Shown: positions 11,978 through 22,280 of the stretch, one piece after another
How positions within the stretch are numbered: the first letter of the stretch is position 1
Layout: each line of letters opens with the position of its first letter
Assembly (NCBI RefSeq): GCF_018977255.1
Contig: NW_024704745.1
Coordinates: forward strand, 20,026,001 to 20,090,000
DNA: 64,000 nt
From: Callorhinchus milii
Taxonomy: Eukaryota
Reading direction: 5' to 3'
The notes under the pieces: model-generated
What the model was told of the DNA's origin: nothing
Database searches by the model: none
Seen by the model: only the letters and a program-made list of their open reading frames with translations
Made by a program: the position numbers and the translations under genes

Positions 11978-12604
11978 TTTGCAGTTCGCACGAGCGATGT
12001 GCTTTCCGTAAGAGAAATGGAGTGAAATGTGTGGTACATTGGCGACGTGCAGGCGTTACGGAGTGATTTTAAACCGTTGGGGAGAAGCTGGGCGAGCTCT
12101 TTTCTTTTGAGGTAAATTGCCCGTGTGGTTACGGTGCAGCAGCAAGCTTTGTGCCATCGGAAGTCGTCGGACGCGTGCTCTGGCTGTGCTTCGCCCACCT
12201 CACGTCCAAGTGTTCCTTGGGCAAGTTTGTACATCTCCTGAAAGCTATTTACACACCAGCAATCACTGGTCACGTGTATGCTGTGAAAATGGCTAGAGTT
12301 GGTCCTGTTAATCCTGTATTATTTCATGCGGAGACAGGCTGGCTCTGCTTTTCCCCAGATGTGTAATAATAACAATAATCCTTGCAGTTGATAAAGAACC
12401 TATGGAGTCAAAACATCTCAAAAGATTTCATGCGCAGTTGCTGTCATCCATCGGTCATCTTCCCAACCCCATCCTTCTTAACCTCCAATTCTCTTGATTC
12501 CAACCCCCAGCTCGGGTGCAAACCCTTCACTGTCCAGCGCCTCAGGACATTATTCGCACGTGAAAAGCGCTAAATACATCCAGTTTGTTGTCGTTTTTGT
12601 TGCT

Positions 12605-12910
12605 GTTAAATGTGGTGATTTGAGTATTTGTATGCAAATGTGGCAGCCAATTTGAGCACACCAATATTCCACAAACAGCATTCAAAGTGAAGTTTTTTTT
12701 TATCCTGAACACTGTTGGCCAGAACACCGGGAGAAACTCCCTTGTTTCTGAAATTGATCACAGGATCACGAACATCCACCTGAACAGAGAAATGGGACAT
12801 TGGGTTAATATGTCTTGTAAAGGATAAATGTAGTGCTCCCAGCTAGGACTTCAAACTCAAGTGCTAAAATGGGGCTTGAATCCACAACCTTTTGACCCAG
12901 ATATCTGAGT
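12605..12910 (-). mobile_element. DeuSINE
   Basis: Reverse complement contains GTTGTGGATTCAAGCCCCA head and CAGGTGGATGTTCGTGATCC Deu core. Confidence 0.65.
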
Positions 12911-13749
12911 GATATGCTGAATAGTCTCCTCCTGTTCCTATTTTCTTATTAGTAATTTGAGCCAGGCCAATACCGTTATTCAGTTCTAGTTTAACGTCAG
13001 ACCATACTAGTGCTGTTTTTCTTTCTTTACAATTATTTTCATTGAATTTTTTTCTCCTGGGTTAAATTAATCAAATAGTGTTCCTTTCGAGGCATCAAAA
13101 TTTTAAGGGAATGTCGTGCCTGTTTCCACATTGAAGTTGTTGATTTGGATTGGGGTGAAGATGTTTGTCTATCCATGGTTGCTGGATCTAGTGTCATTTT
13201 TTTGGATTTTATTTTACATTTACCCTCCAAAACACCATTGGAAGACCAATAGGACAGACAAACCACTCATCTGCAAGCCATGAGAAAACATTTTATTTGG
13301 TCTCATTCTCCAGTTTATCTTGTTTACGTCTCCCTCTACTTCCTGTGGCAAGTCTGAGATTAAGAACGGCAAAGCAGTAAACTTACCAGGCAGCTAGAGT
13401 AGGAAGTATTGCTCATTTCCTGACAATGTAACTGCTTGTCTTCCATCATCACCAAACCTGGTCAGCAGTCTTCCAGATAAATTGGTCATTCAACTCATGA
13501 TTATTTGAGGGATATTCCTGTGCAAAATGGAACCATAAAAAATTATGCCACAGAAGAAAGGCATTCGGCCCATTGTCTCTGTACTGACTCCTTGAAAGAG
13601 CAGTCCTTTCAGTCCCATTTACCTACCTTTTCCCCATACTCCTGAAGCTCAATCCTTTTTAGTTGTTCTTTAGTTAAACTATTCTCCTAGATTTCTCACT
13701 CCTGGTTTGGACTTTTTCAACCTCCCTGACCTCTCTCTCAAATTCACCA

Positions 13750-14350
13750 AATCAATATGCAACCTTGGTGTCTAGCTCCACCCTCAGCCCTCCTTTCTTC
13801 CTCACATCCAGTCTCTGACCAAAACTTATTTTCTTCACCTCTGCCACATTATCCACCTCCACCCCTACCTCACTGTAAATATCACCAAAATCCTTATTCA
13901 AGTCTTATCAAATCCTGGCTGGATTTTTTAAATGCACTCCTCGCTGTTTTCCCTCGCTCCACCATTCATAAACTTCAACATCCAAAACTCTGCTGTCTGC
14001 ATCCTTGTCAGCACCAATCTTTGCATGTTCATCAGCCGAGTTTACACCAGGCTCCATTGGCTCTCTGTCTCTCAGCAGATCAATTTCAAGGTCTCAGCCA
14101 CACCACTTCACGTCCTAGTACCTCCTTATGTTTCTGATTTCCTACCTCCATTCTTCTGCTTACCCCTCTGATCGGCTGACTCAGGCTTGAGTGCATCACC
14201 ATCAGTGGGCGAACTTTCCATTTCTATGCCCCTAACTTCTGGAACTCCTTCCCTCAACTCATTTGTCTCGGCTCTCTCTGTCTTCAATTCCCTCCTTAAG
14301 ACCTACCTCCAACTGGCCAGAGATCACCTCTTTTCCCCCTCCACTATCCA
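13750..14350 (+). mobile_element. L2 LINE 3' fragment (degenerate RT C-terminus)
   Basis: Translations such as KLQHxQNSAV..TRLHWLSVSQQINFKV are typical of the L2 ORF2 C-terminus. Confidence 0.75.
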
Positions 14351-14624
14351 CCAGATTGGCATTTGCCCTGTCATTTTAAAGCACTCCAAAATGTTATATA
14401 TAACCTAAGATCGCAGTTTTGAGCAATACTTAAATAGCTGTCTCATTTTTGTACAAAAAATAGCAGTTGACTACATATTAATTACTGGAAAGAGCATTGG
14501 AATGTTTTGATGTGATAGGATGCTATAAAAATGGAAGTTCTTCTTTCTTTGATATGCAATTAATATTTGTTTTTCTGCATTAATTTGCAACAGAGAAGAA
14601 GCGGAAGACTTGAACTTGGACAGG

Positions 14625-15707
14625 ATGGAAGCCGGCACGTCTGGAGAGAGCGCGCCTGGGATTAACCATTTGTTCATAGCATCCAGTGGAGAGTATTGCA
14701 TTAAAGTCTATGATGACGAATCAGAAAGGTACTCCGTATTACAGGTATCTGATGACGAATCGGACATCACTGATATCTCAACAGAGGATCCGGACTCTGA
14801 ACTAAATGACACTGGATCCAGTGATCAAGGTTGGAGCAACAGCTTCACTCCAATCCAGATCAATGACTTCTGTGGAGAAGCAGGAGTGTTGTTCCCTCGA
14901 GATTTCGATATCTCCGAAGCAACCCCGCTGGATTATTTCAGCCTCTTCCTACATTCCAACTTGTTCAGCGATTTTGTGGAGCACACAAATAGCTATGCCA
15001 GATGGAAAATGGGGCATGAGGGGGCAGCAGATGCCAGGTGGGTGGATGTCAGCGAGGTTGAAATGAGATGCTACATTGGCCTCAATGTACTGATGGGAAT
15101 TAATCAGCTGCCGAACTATAAACTGTACTGGAGCCGGGACAACTTGTTTGGAAATGATGGGGTGAAGAGTATCATGACCTGCAATCGTTACGAAAAATTA
15201 ACTGAATACTTTCACGTGAGTGACAGGCTGTATGACACCAGTGGACATGACTCGAACTTTGATGCCCTGTACAAAGCACGGCCGCTTCTTGACACAGTTC
15301 GCGCCAGCTTCAAAAAGCTGTATCGGCCGTCCAGGTACCTAAGTGTAGACGAGGCAATGATTGCAATGAATGGTAAACTGACGTTCAAGCAGCACATGCC
15401 TCCGAAGCTCAACAAAGGGGGGGTTAAAGTGTGGATGCTGTCGGATGCTGAGAATGCCTACCTGCTTGATTTTGAAGTCTTTCATGGGCGGCGCGGCGTT
15501 AAGACCTCAAAGAACGGACTCAGGTACGAAGCTGTCAGAAAATTAACCAAAGAGCTCGAAGGCCAAAATCACTGTGTGTTTTTTGACAGCTTTTTCACGT
15601 GTGAGAAATTGATGATGGACCTGCTGGATGCTGGGATATATTCTTGCGGGATGGCTCAACCCAACCACAAGGGTTCCCCAAGGATCTCCAGCAGCTCACC
15701 AAAATGA
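14625..15707 (+). CDS. piggyBac-derived transposase (PGBD4-like), N-terminal ORF (360 aa from ATG 14625)
   Basis: Acceptor TTTTTCTGCATTAATTTGCAACAG| at 14593/4 and AGG-ATG-G Kozak. Acidic N-terminus, then piggyBac motifs TPLDYFSLF, W..V...EMRCYIGL, YWS, MTCNRY, SVDEAM (first catalytic Asp), FFDSFFT (second Asp), GIYSCG. Confidence 0.85.
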   Translation: MEAGTSGESAPGINHLFIASSGEYCIKVYDDESERYSVLQVSDDESDITDISTEDPDSELNDTGSSDQGWSNSFTPIQINDFCGEAGVLFPRDFDISEATPLDYFSLFLHSNLFSDFVEHTNSYARWKMGHEGAADARWVDVSEVEMRCYIGLNVLMGINQLPNYKLYWSRDNLFGNDGVKSIMTCNRYEKLTEYFHVSDRLYDTSGHDSNFDALYKARPLLDTVRASFKKLYRPSRYLSVDEAMIAMNGKLTFKQHMPPKLNKGGVKVWMLSDAENAYLLDFEVFHGRRGVKTSKNGLRYEAVRKLTKELEGQNHCVFFDSFFTCEKLMMDLLDAGIYSCGMAQPNHKGSPRISSSSPK

Positions 15708-16321
15708 AAAGAGGCGAGTATCGAGTGCAACAGAAAGGGCACTTAACAGCAATACTATGGCAAGATACCAAGCAAGTGGCGATGATGAGCACTCTGAGTG
15801 ACCCAATGGAGGAGATGTTGATCCAGCGAAGGCAGGGGCAGGAGGTGATTGAAGTCAGGCAACCTCACTCAATCTATGTCTTCAACAAGTATATGAATGG
15901 AGTGGACAGGTATGGACCTCTGCGTGCCCACTACCAGGTTGGAAGACCAGGCAAAGAACACTGGAAAAACATCACCTGGTTCGTGATCAACTGTGCCATC
16001 CTGAACGCATTTATCCTCTACAAAGAGACCTCGATCAGAGTCAACAAGAAGAAGAACTATTCTCACCTGGACTTCCGATGCGAGTTGGTGCGGCAACTGA
16101 TCGGAGGTTACAGCAGCCGGAAAAGAAGAAGTGTTCCAATGGACGACAACTTCGTTCTGCATAGAAACGTGGTGATGGGACACGAGTCTGTGCACATGGG
16201 CTACAAAAGACGGTGCAAAGTTCACCTGCAGAAAAAGGTGCGAAAGGAGACAGTGTACGGATGTAAAATCTGTAACATTCATTTGTGTAAAGACGGATGT
16301 CACTTTCAGTATCACAAGTAA
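15671..16321 (+). CDS. piggyBac-derived transposase, C-terminal part in the -1 frame
   Basis: GFPKDL..KMKRGE, WQDTKQVAMMST, YMNGVD (third catalytic Asp), INCAILNAFILY, FRCELVRQLI and Cys-rich end RCKVH..TVYGCKICNIHLC..GCHFQYH*. Joined to the upstream ORF it gives ~565 aa. Confidence 0.85.
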   Translation, partial: GFPKDLQQLTKMKRGEYRVQQKGHLTAILWQDTKQVAMMSTLSDPMEEMLIQRRQGQEVIEVRQPHSIYVFNKYMNGVDRYGPLRAHYQVGRPGKEHWKNITWFVINCAILNAFILYKETSIRVNKKKNYSHLDFRCELVRQLIGGYSSRKRRSVPMDDNFVLHRNVVMGHESVHMGYKRRCKVHLQKKVRKETVYGCKICNIHLCKDGCHFQYHK

Positions 16322-17419
16322 AACTCATATGGGGGAGAAAAAAACAATTCATTGCACATGGACTGTAAACAAGTTCTTTCTTATACATCTCAACTCTTAT
16401 TCAAGTGACAAATGCTCAAATTTACAAAAAGCAGGTATAGGTGGACAGTTTAACAAAAATGTTTTTGTACAGCATCCAAAACGGCGCCACAATGTTGCAT
16501 TTTTCCTTTTGAACCAACACAAACATTCTGCTTTGTAGGAATGTTATGTATCAGTGTTAAATACATCACTAGATTTGAGCGAGAACTGTAGGTATAGTCC
16601 ATACTTTACCCAAACGGACCAGGACTGCTGTGAACTGAAAAGTGTATTGTACAAGTGAGCCATGTGCATTGAAATGCTTATTTCATAAGTGATATATATT
16701 TTGGCCAGACTGGATAGGCGCTCAAAGCATTCATCCGTTGTTTGAAGGGCTTCTATAGCAGAGACTGGTCGGATGGACTCAGCAAGACCTCAAACAGTGA
16801 CCTCAACAACTGAAGTCTTTCCAACAATCACACAGTGGCCAGTGTTAACTGAGGTGCCCCATGAACAGAATAGAACAATAATCGAGAAATTTCCTGGTCA
16901 AATGAAATACGTTCCGTACAGATCCTGTATGAGTCAGATTAATTCAATCCAATGGTTTTGGATTGCAAAGCCATTTAAAAGCAATGGCATATCAGGAGGT
17001 TTACAGAATCTACACAGAACTGTTCTATTCCTGTAAAAGACTTGGTTATTAGTGCCCTCCTCTTCCTGTCATCAACATAATGTTGCAGATGACCTAACTC
17101 CCTTTCTATGATGTGACGTGGTGTGTAACTACACAAAATATTCAGGGACCATATCACAAGAGCAAATGATGGCAATGAACGATTGACAGCTGGAGTTGTA
17201 TGCACTCTTTTTCCACACGCACCATAGGCAAGTGCAGCTGCTTTCTTTCTCCTGCTTTTGTCTTGTTCTGTTTAGTTGCCTGTAGCAGGGAGTTGCTATA
17301 GCCAGAGGTGAGCTGCGATGGAATCGTATGACACGATCACATGGGTTTGGATGAAGAAGGCTCTTCCATTGAATCTCGTCCTTCCAAAATGCCCATCTTA
17401 ATATCTTCTTGCTACAATA

Positions 17420-17810
17420 TTAGAGCTGAAATGGGTGCTTGCGCAACTGTGCAGCCTGGTTATCTTTTACAGCTTTGGTTAGTCGCTGTGTAAAGAAATA
17501 CTTCCTGGAATCTGTCTGAAAATGACACTTTGCAATCCTGTGACCTCTTATCCTGCTACCTTGATGTATCTGAAAGCATTGTTCTGGGTATGCTTTCTCA
17601 ATCCCATTCAGCATCTTGTATATCTATATAAGGGCCCCTCTGAGATGTCTCTTTTCCAAGACTAAAGAGCTCCAGATCCGAGCTTATCCCTGTAACATGG
17701 GATCATCCACATTGCCCTTTTCTGTACTGCCTCTGGGGGATGGGCAGTCCTTATGCTCCGGAGACTAGAACTGTACACTATGCGCCAGATGTAACTTCGC
17801 CAGAGCCCTC
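17420..17810 (-). mobile_element. CR1 LINE 3' fragment (degenerate)
   Basis: Minus ORF ...RIRGH....FQTDSRKYFFTQR is the typical CR1 ORF2 C-terminus. Confidence 0.7.
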
Positions 17811-17811
17811 A

Positions 17812-18200
17812 TAATAATCATCCTTGTATAGCGCCTTTCAGGTCGGGAGGACGTCCAAAGCACACAAGATTCACTGTGAAGTGGAGCAACTGTACATCTG
17901 TGGGCGAACGGGGCAGCCAATTTGCGCACAGCAGTGTTCCACAAACAGCCATAAAGTGAACGACCAATTCTATTTGGGGGATTGTTGGCCAGGACACCAG
18001 AAGAAATTCCCTTCTCTTTTTTGAAGAGTGCCATGGGATCTTTAACGTCCACCTGAACAGATAGACAGGTTTAACGTCTCATCTAAAGGATGGCATCTCC
18101 AACAATGCCAAACATCCCCAGCTCTCCTTTGGAGTGTCAGCTTAGACTATATGCGTTCAAGACCTGACGTAGGGCTTGATGCCCCAATCTTCTGAGAGCT
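17812..18200 (-). mobile_element. DeuSINE, near full length
   Basis: Reverse complement: CAGGTGGACGTTAAAGATCCCATGGCACTCTT...GGCTGTTTGTGGAACACTGCTGTGCGCAAATTGGCTGCC...GAAAGGCGCTATACAAGGAT. Confidence 0.85.
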
Positions 18201-21200
18201 TGAGCTCAACATCTAGGGATCAGAACTGATTTGGCAATGTAGACCGGTATTGTGTTTGCTTATTGCTGCCTCCCTTTTTGGACAGGGTGAGCAATGAACA
18301 CTTGTAGGTCTTTTTCAACGTCCTCCTTGATGAATTCTAACCTGTCAATGGAGTACATATACCTACTATTTTTACTACTTGTGTGCGGTAACTTACATTT
18401 ATCTGAATTGAACTTTGTTTGTTTGCTCAGATACTTAGCCTGTTCAGCTCTCTTTGTAAGATCTTGGCTGCCTCCTCTGATTTCACAGTAACCCTGGTGT
18501 CAGGAGGAATGCAAACTGAAATGCTATTGCACATGATTTGAGCTGCACTGTCATTAGGCTTATTCCGCTGCATGTAATGGAGAATAGCACTCTGTATATA
18601 TTGTAATAGCTCCCCTAAGGGATTCAGACCCTGTGATTTTCGATCGATGCTGCTCGCTTCATTTTTGAGGTGGGGTGGGGCAGTCATGAGGAATATAAGC
18701 TGAATGCAAATTTATATTTGGAAACAAATCGAATTGAGAAGTGTAACAATTTACTTTCTAATCCGTTCATCACCAGCCAATACTGACCAGGTTTGTTGAT
18801 ATCTTTGCTTATTTTAATCTTTAGTCAATGTTGGCAGTTTAGAAATACATCTCTTACTAAAACTGATTTTTTTTGAAAAAAAGTCAATAGCCTTGCTGCT
18901 CTCTACAATTATCACGTATTATAATTTGAAGAAGTCGTATGCTTTATTTGTCATCATGAGCTGCTTTTTGTGATATTTATTATAGAACGATTTATTTATT
19001 AAAGATCGGGTGTTGAAGGGGATTACAACACCACTGTTCTGCATGTAGCAAATGGGTTCAAATGCAGTACAGGAAAGTAAACTAGATGTCTCTTGTCTCT
19101 GGCAGTTTTCATGCCTCTTTCATGCTGATGGAGCAATTTAACATTGGTTCCAGCAGTGCAGAGATTCCGATTGGGAAGCTCAATTATACTGTGTTCCCTG
19201 TATTGCTTTTTCCAGGGGCTGAGCAGACCCTGCAAATGTGTAGCTAGGTGAATGCGCAGAGCAATGCTGTCGGGCATCAAATGCTGATAAATGGTTTAAT
19301 GATATTAAAGGGCCAGGAATGTAGACCGCTCTGTAGTTAACATTCAAGAGCCTAAAATTATATTTTTTTAATCGTTAAAAGTTCTCTGGAATCAGCTGCG
19401 GCAACCCCAGATTTATATTGGTATGAACAAATGTATATTGATTTCATTCTGAAACCAGTCCTGGAGATGTGCTCAGGAGAGTGGCTCAGAATCAAAGCTA
19501 CTTACTAAAAACTGCACTTTTAGCATCAATTCATGTGCAGTATGAATAGGACATACGTGTCCTAATTTAATTGAACTTTAGTATTTACAGCATAGAACAT
19601 ATGGCGCAGAGCTGCCCATAGTTTGTCATCATTTGGGCAACCAACCTTGTTCAAAAAAAACCAAATAAGAGCTGGAATGGGAGATGAACAATGGTGCAGG
19701 ACGGTTACTTTCTGAGGCTGATTTAGCCACGTATAGACGGGGAAGAGTAGAGGGAGCTTTACTTCACATCAAATGTATGCTACACCCAATCCATCTGATT
19801 CTGTACCTGGGAGGAAAACATTCTATTCCTGGGTACTGAAGTCTCTCCTGTTAGTGAGGACAATATTTACAAAAAAAATCCAATGTCTTTAGTCCCAATG
19901 AAAATTCTTGTAAGTGTTTTGAATCAGTGTAGTAAATGTTGATACTTAGGTGTCCATGAAGAACACTTAAGTGAAAATGAAGAAACATTGCCTGATTTTA
20001 GACAATTCTTCTTAATGCTAAGCATTAAATCATACCAATAATGACAGCAGAACAGAAGTACAAAAATATGTTGGTTTGTATTTAAATACAGCCAATACCA
20101 GTGAACCAGTAGGTCAAAATAGCTGAGTAGTTGTTACACATTCGATGCACAAAAAATGCTTTATGAATAAGCACATTATTATGTATTTTAAATAACTATC
20201 GTCTTTTGCAAAAATGTAATTTTTAGGTTTAATTTTGTTTTAGATTTTCTTCTGTAATGTTCTATATTTTTGGATATTAAAATTCTTATTTTCAAATGTA
20301 ATCTGTCTGTGTTAATTCTGGCTGAGATGTGCACAACCATTTTATACTTTAACCCAAAGGGAAGTTACTCAAACGATTTTGGCTCTTGTTCACTGGTGTT
20401 TCTCCTGTGTTAATCCTAAACAGCCTGCTGTTTTCATTAAGGGTAGCAGCTCTAAATATTAATGTGCTGTAATTTTGAAAAAAAAATCTAATCTCACAAT
20501 TGCTTCCAGTAGAACTTCTTGCATACTTGGGATTAATTTGGTAATTTCTAACAGTATTCCTTAATTCAGGAAACCTTCAGTAATCACACAGAAGTACATC
20601 CGTGCTCTTGACCATCACGTTTGGGGCAGAATTCCTGCAGATCAATGTGAGATAACTCAGATTATCAGAAGGAGTACCCACTCAGATTTCCTTACTTAAG
20701 AAACCTGTTAGAAATGACCATTTTATTGGACCCCAATGTAAGTCAAATGTCATCTATTGCTGTCTAACATCTCAATTATTGTTGCCAAAATATTCAAGAT
20801 ATATATTGACGGCAGTACATTCTTAATTCCACTTAAAATTCCAAATCTGGGTGACATAAATCCATTCAATTTACAAGAAATATTGTACATAGCCACCTAA
20901 TATTACTTGTCTGGGGGAGTTTTTTTTAAGTCAAACTAATCAAACATTGTGAAATTTCTGAACCACTTGGCTTTAAAGCCATTGTCTATTTTAGCTTGTA
21001 TCAAGATTAATGCATTTTGAAATGTGAGTTAACTTTGTCTCATTTTGTGTCTGTCTGTTTCTAACAAAAAGGTTGAAATTAGCACATTGGCATGCATTTT
21101 GTGTCTAAAATTTACATCATTTGTATTTTCTCTATCTTAGAACTTCAGTCCTACTAAATGCACAGTTTATTTAACTTCATTTTTGAACCTAGTAAATGTT

Positions 21201-21799
21201 TTATTATTGTACAAGACAAATGTAAAAAAGTGAAATAAAATCAATGATTATTAAATGTGGTGTAAAAATTGGAGTTGTTTTTATTTTGTAATATTTTTAC
21301 ATAACATTTTACAGTAAAACTAAATTATTTCGTGCATATCAATGACATGTCCGTTTCAAACGTTGTTGCAAGTAAGCACAGTAGTGTTCATTTTTGGGAA
21401 AAAGTTTAATATTAATCCTTACACTTGATAGTCAAAATGTTTCTTTCAAAGTACTTCATAGTAATGTCTCTAGAAGTGTAGTGACTATTTCTAGGTAAAC
21501 ACAACATTCTGACCAAAAATCCCCCATATAAAAATTGGTCATTCACTTCATGCCTATTTGTGAGACATTAGCCCTGTGCCAATTGGGGATGGGAAAATAA
21601 AAGGTTATTGGTACCTCTCAACATATACCTCTTTAACCGAGCTTTCAATCATCTAACCATCCCCAGCTTCTTCAGCTCCCACCCCAGCTTGGGTGCCCAG
21701 CCAATATTGTCAGATGCTTTGAGTGTCCTTCCAGTGTGAAAGGCACAACTGTATATAAATGTAAATGGTATTGTATTGATACTCCAGGACTAAAACTAC

Positions 21800-22280
21800 C
21801 AGCAACAACAACTTGCATTTATATAGTACCCTTCACGCCGGATAGTGGCGGACCCTGATGCCGAGCCAGGGAGAGAGGGATGCTGACTAGGCATGGTCGA
21901 AGAGGAAGGTCTTCAAGGCGCAACCTGAAAATGGGGATTACGGGGACAGGGTGAAGGGATTTAGGGAGAGAGTTCCAGTTTTGGGGCGTAGTGGCTGAAA
22001 GCACAGCCGCCGAGGGGCTGAGGGTCTGGGAGACCAGGAGGCCGGAACCAGTTGAGCGGAGGCGGCAGGAAGTAGTGTAGGGAGAGAGCAAGTTGGAGAG
22101 ATGGGGGGGTGCCAGGGCATGAAGGGATTTGCTCTGTGACGGAGCCAGTGGCGTTTGACAAGGATTGGGGTAATGGACATATGGAGTTTAGTGCAGATGA
22201 GAATGCGGGCGGTGGAGTTTTGAATTAGTTGAATTTTGTGAATGGTGGAGACCAGTGAGGAGGGTGTTTGAGTATTCGAG
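21800..22280 (-). mobile_element. L2 LINE 3' end
   Basis: Minus ORFs ITPILVKRHWL, RLRSTGSGLL..NWNSLPKSL; (TTG)n tail. Confidence 0.8.

Larger units (their letters stand above)
9500..12250. promoter_or_regulatory. CpG-island promoter region with candidate non-coding first exons
   Basis: High CpG density (10490-10640, 11030-11200), GC boxes, YY1-like CCATCTT at ~10588. Plus-strand donors CAG|GTGAGT (9950), CGG|GTGAGT (10636), CCT|GTGAGT (11765); minus-strand donor GGA|GTAAGA (10587). Confidence 0.65.

Noticed and set aside
2412-14600. BCLAF3-PGBD fusion by exon trapping (CSB-PGBD3-like)
   Set aside because: The BCLAF3 penultimate exon ends in phase 0, while the transposase acceptor is phase 2 (alternative AGs give phase 1). 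An earlier BCLAF3 exon outside the window cannot be excluded.
15212-16388. Antisense and alternate-frame ORFs overlapping the transposase
   Set aside because: Shadow ORFs of a real coding sequence with no recognisable motifs.
14400-16700. Intact autonomous piggyBac transposon
   Set aside because: No TTAA-flanked CCC/GGG terminal inverted repeats found by eye on either side of the ORF.
16773-17250. 87-aa + ORF and a minus-strand AAALAYG Hsp70-like heptapeptide
   Set aside because: No extended similarity, domain or convincing exon structure; likely chance within the PGBD downstream region.
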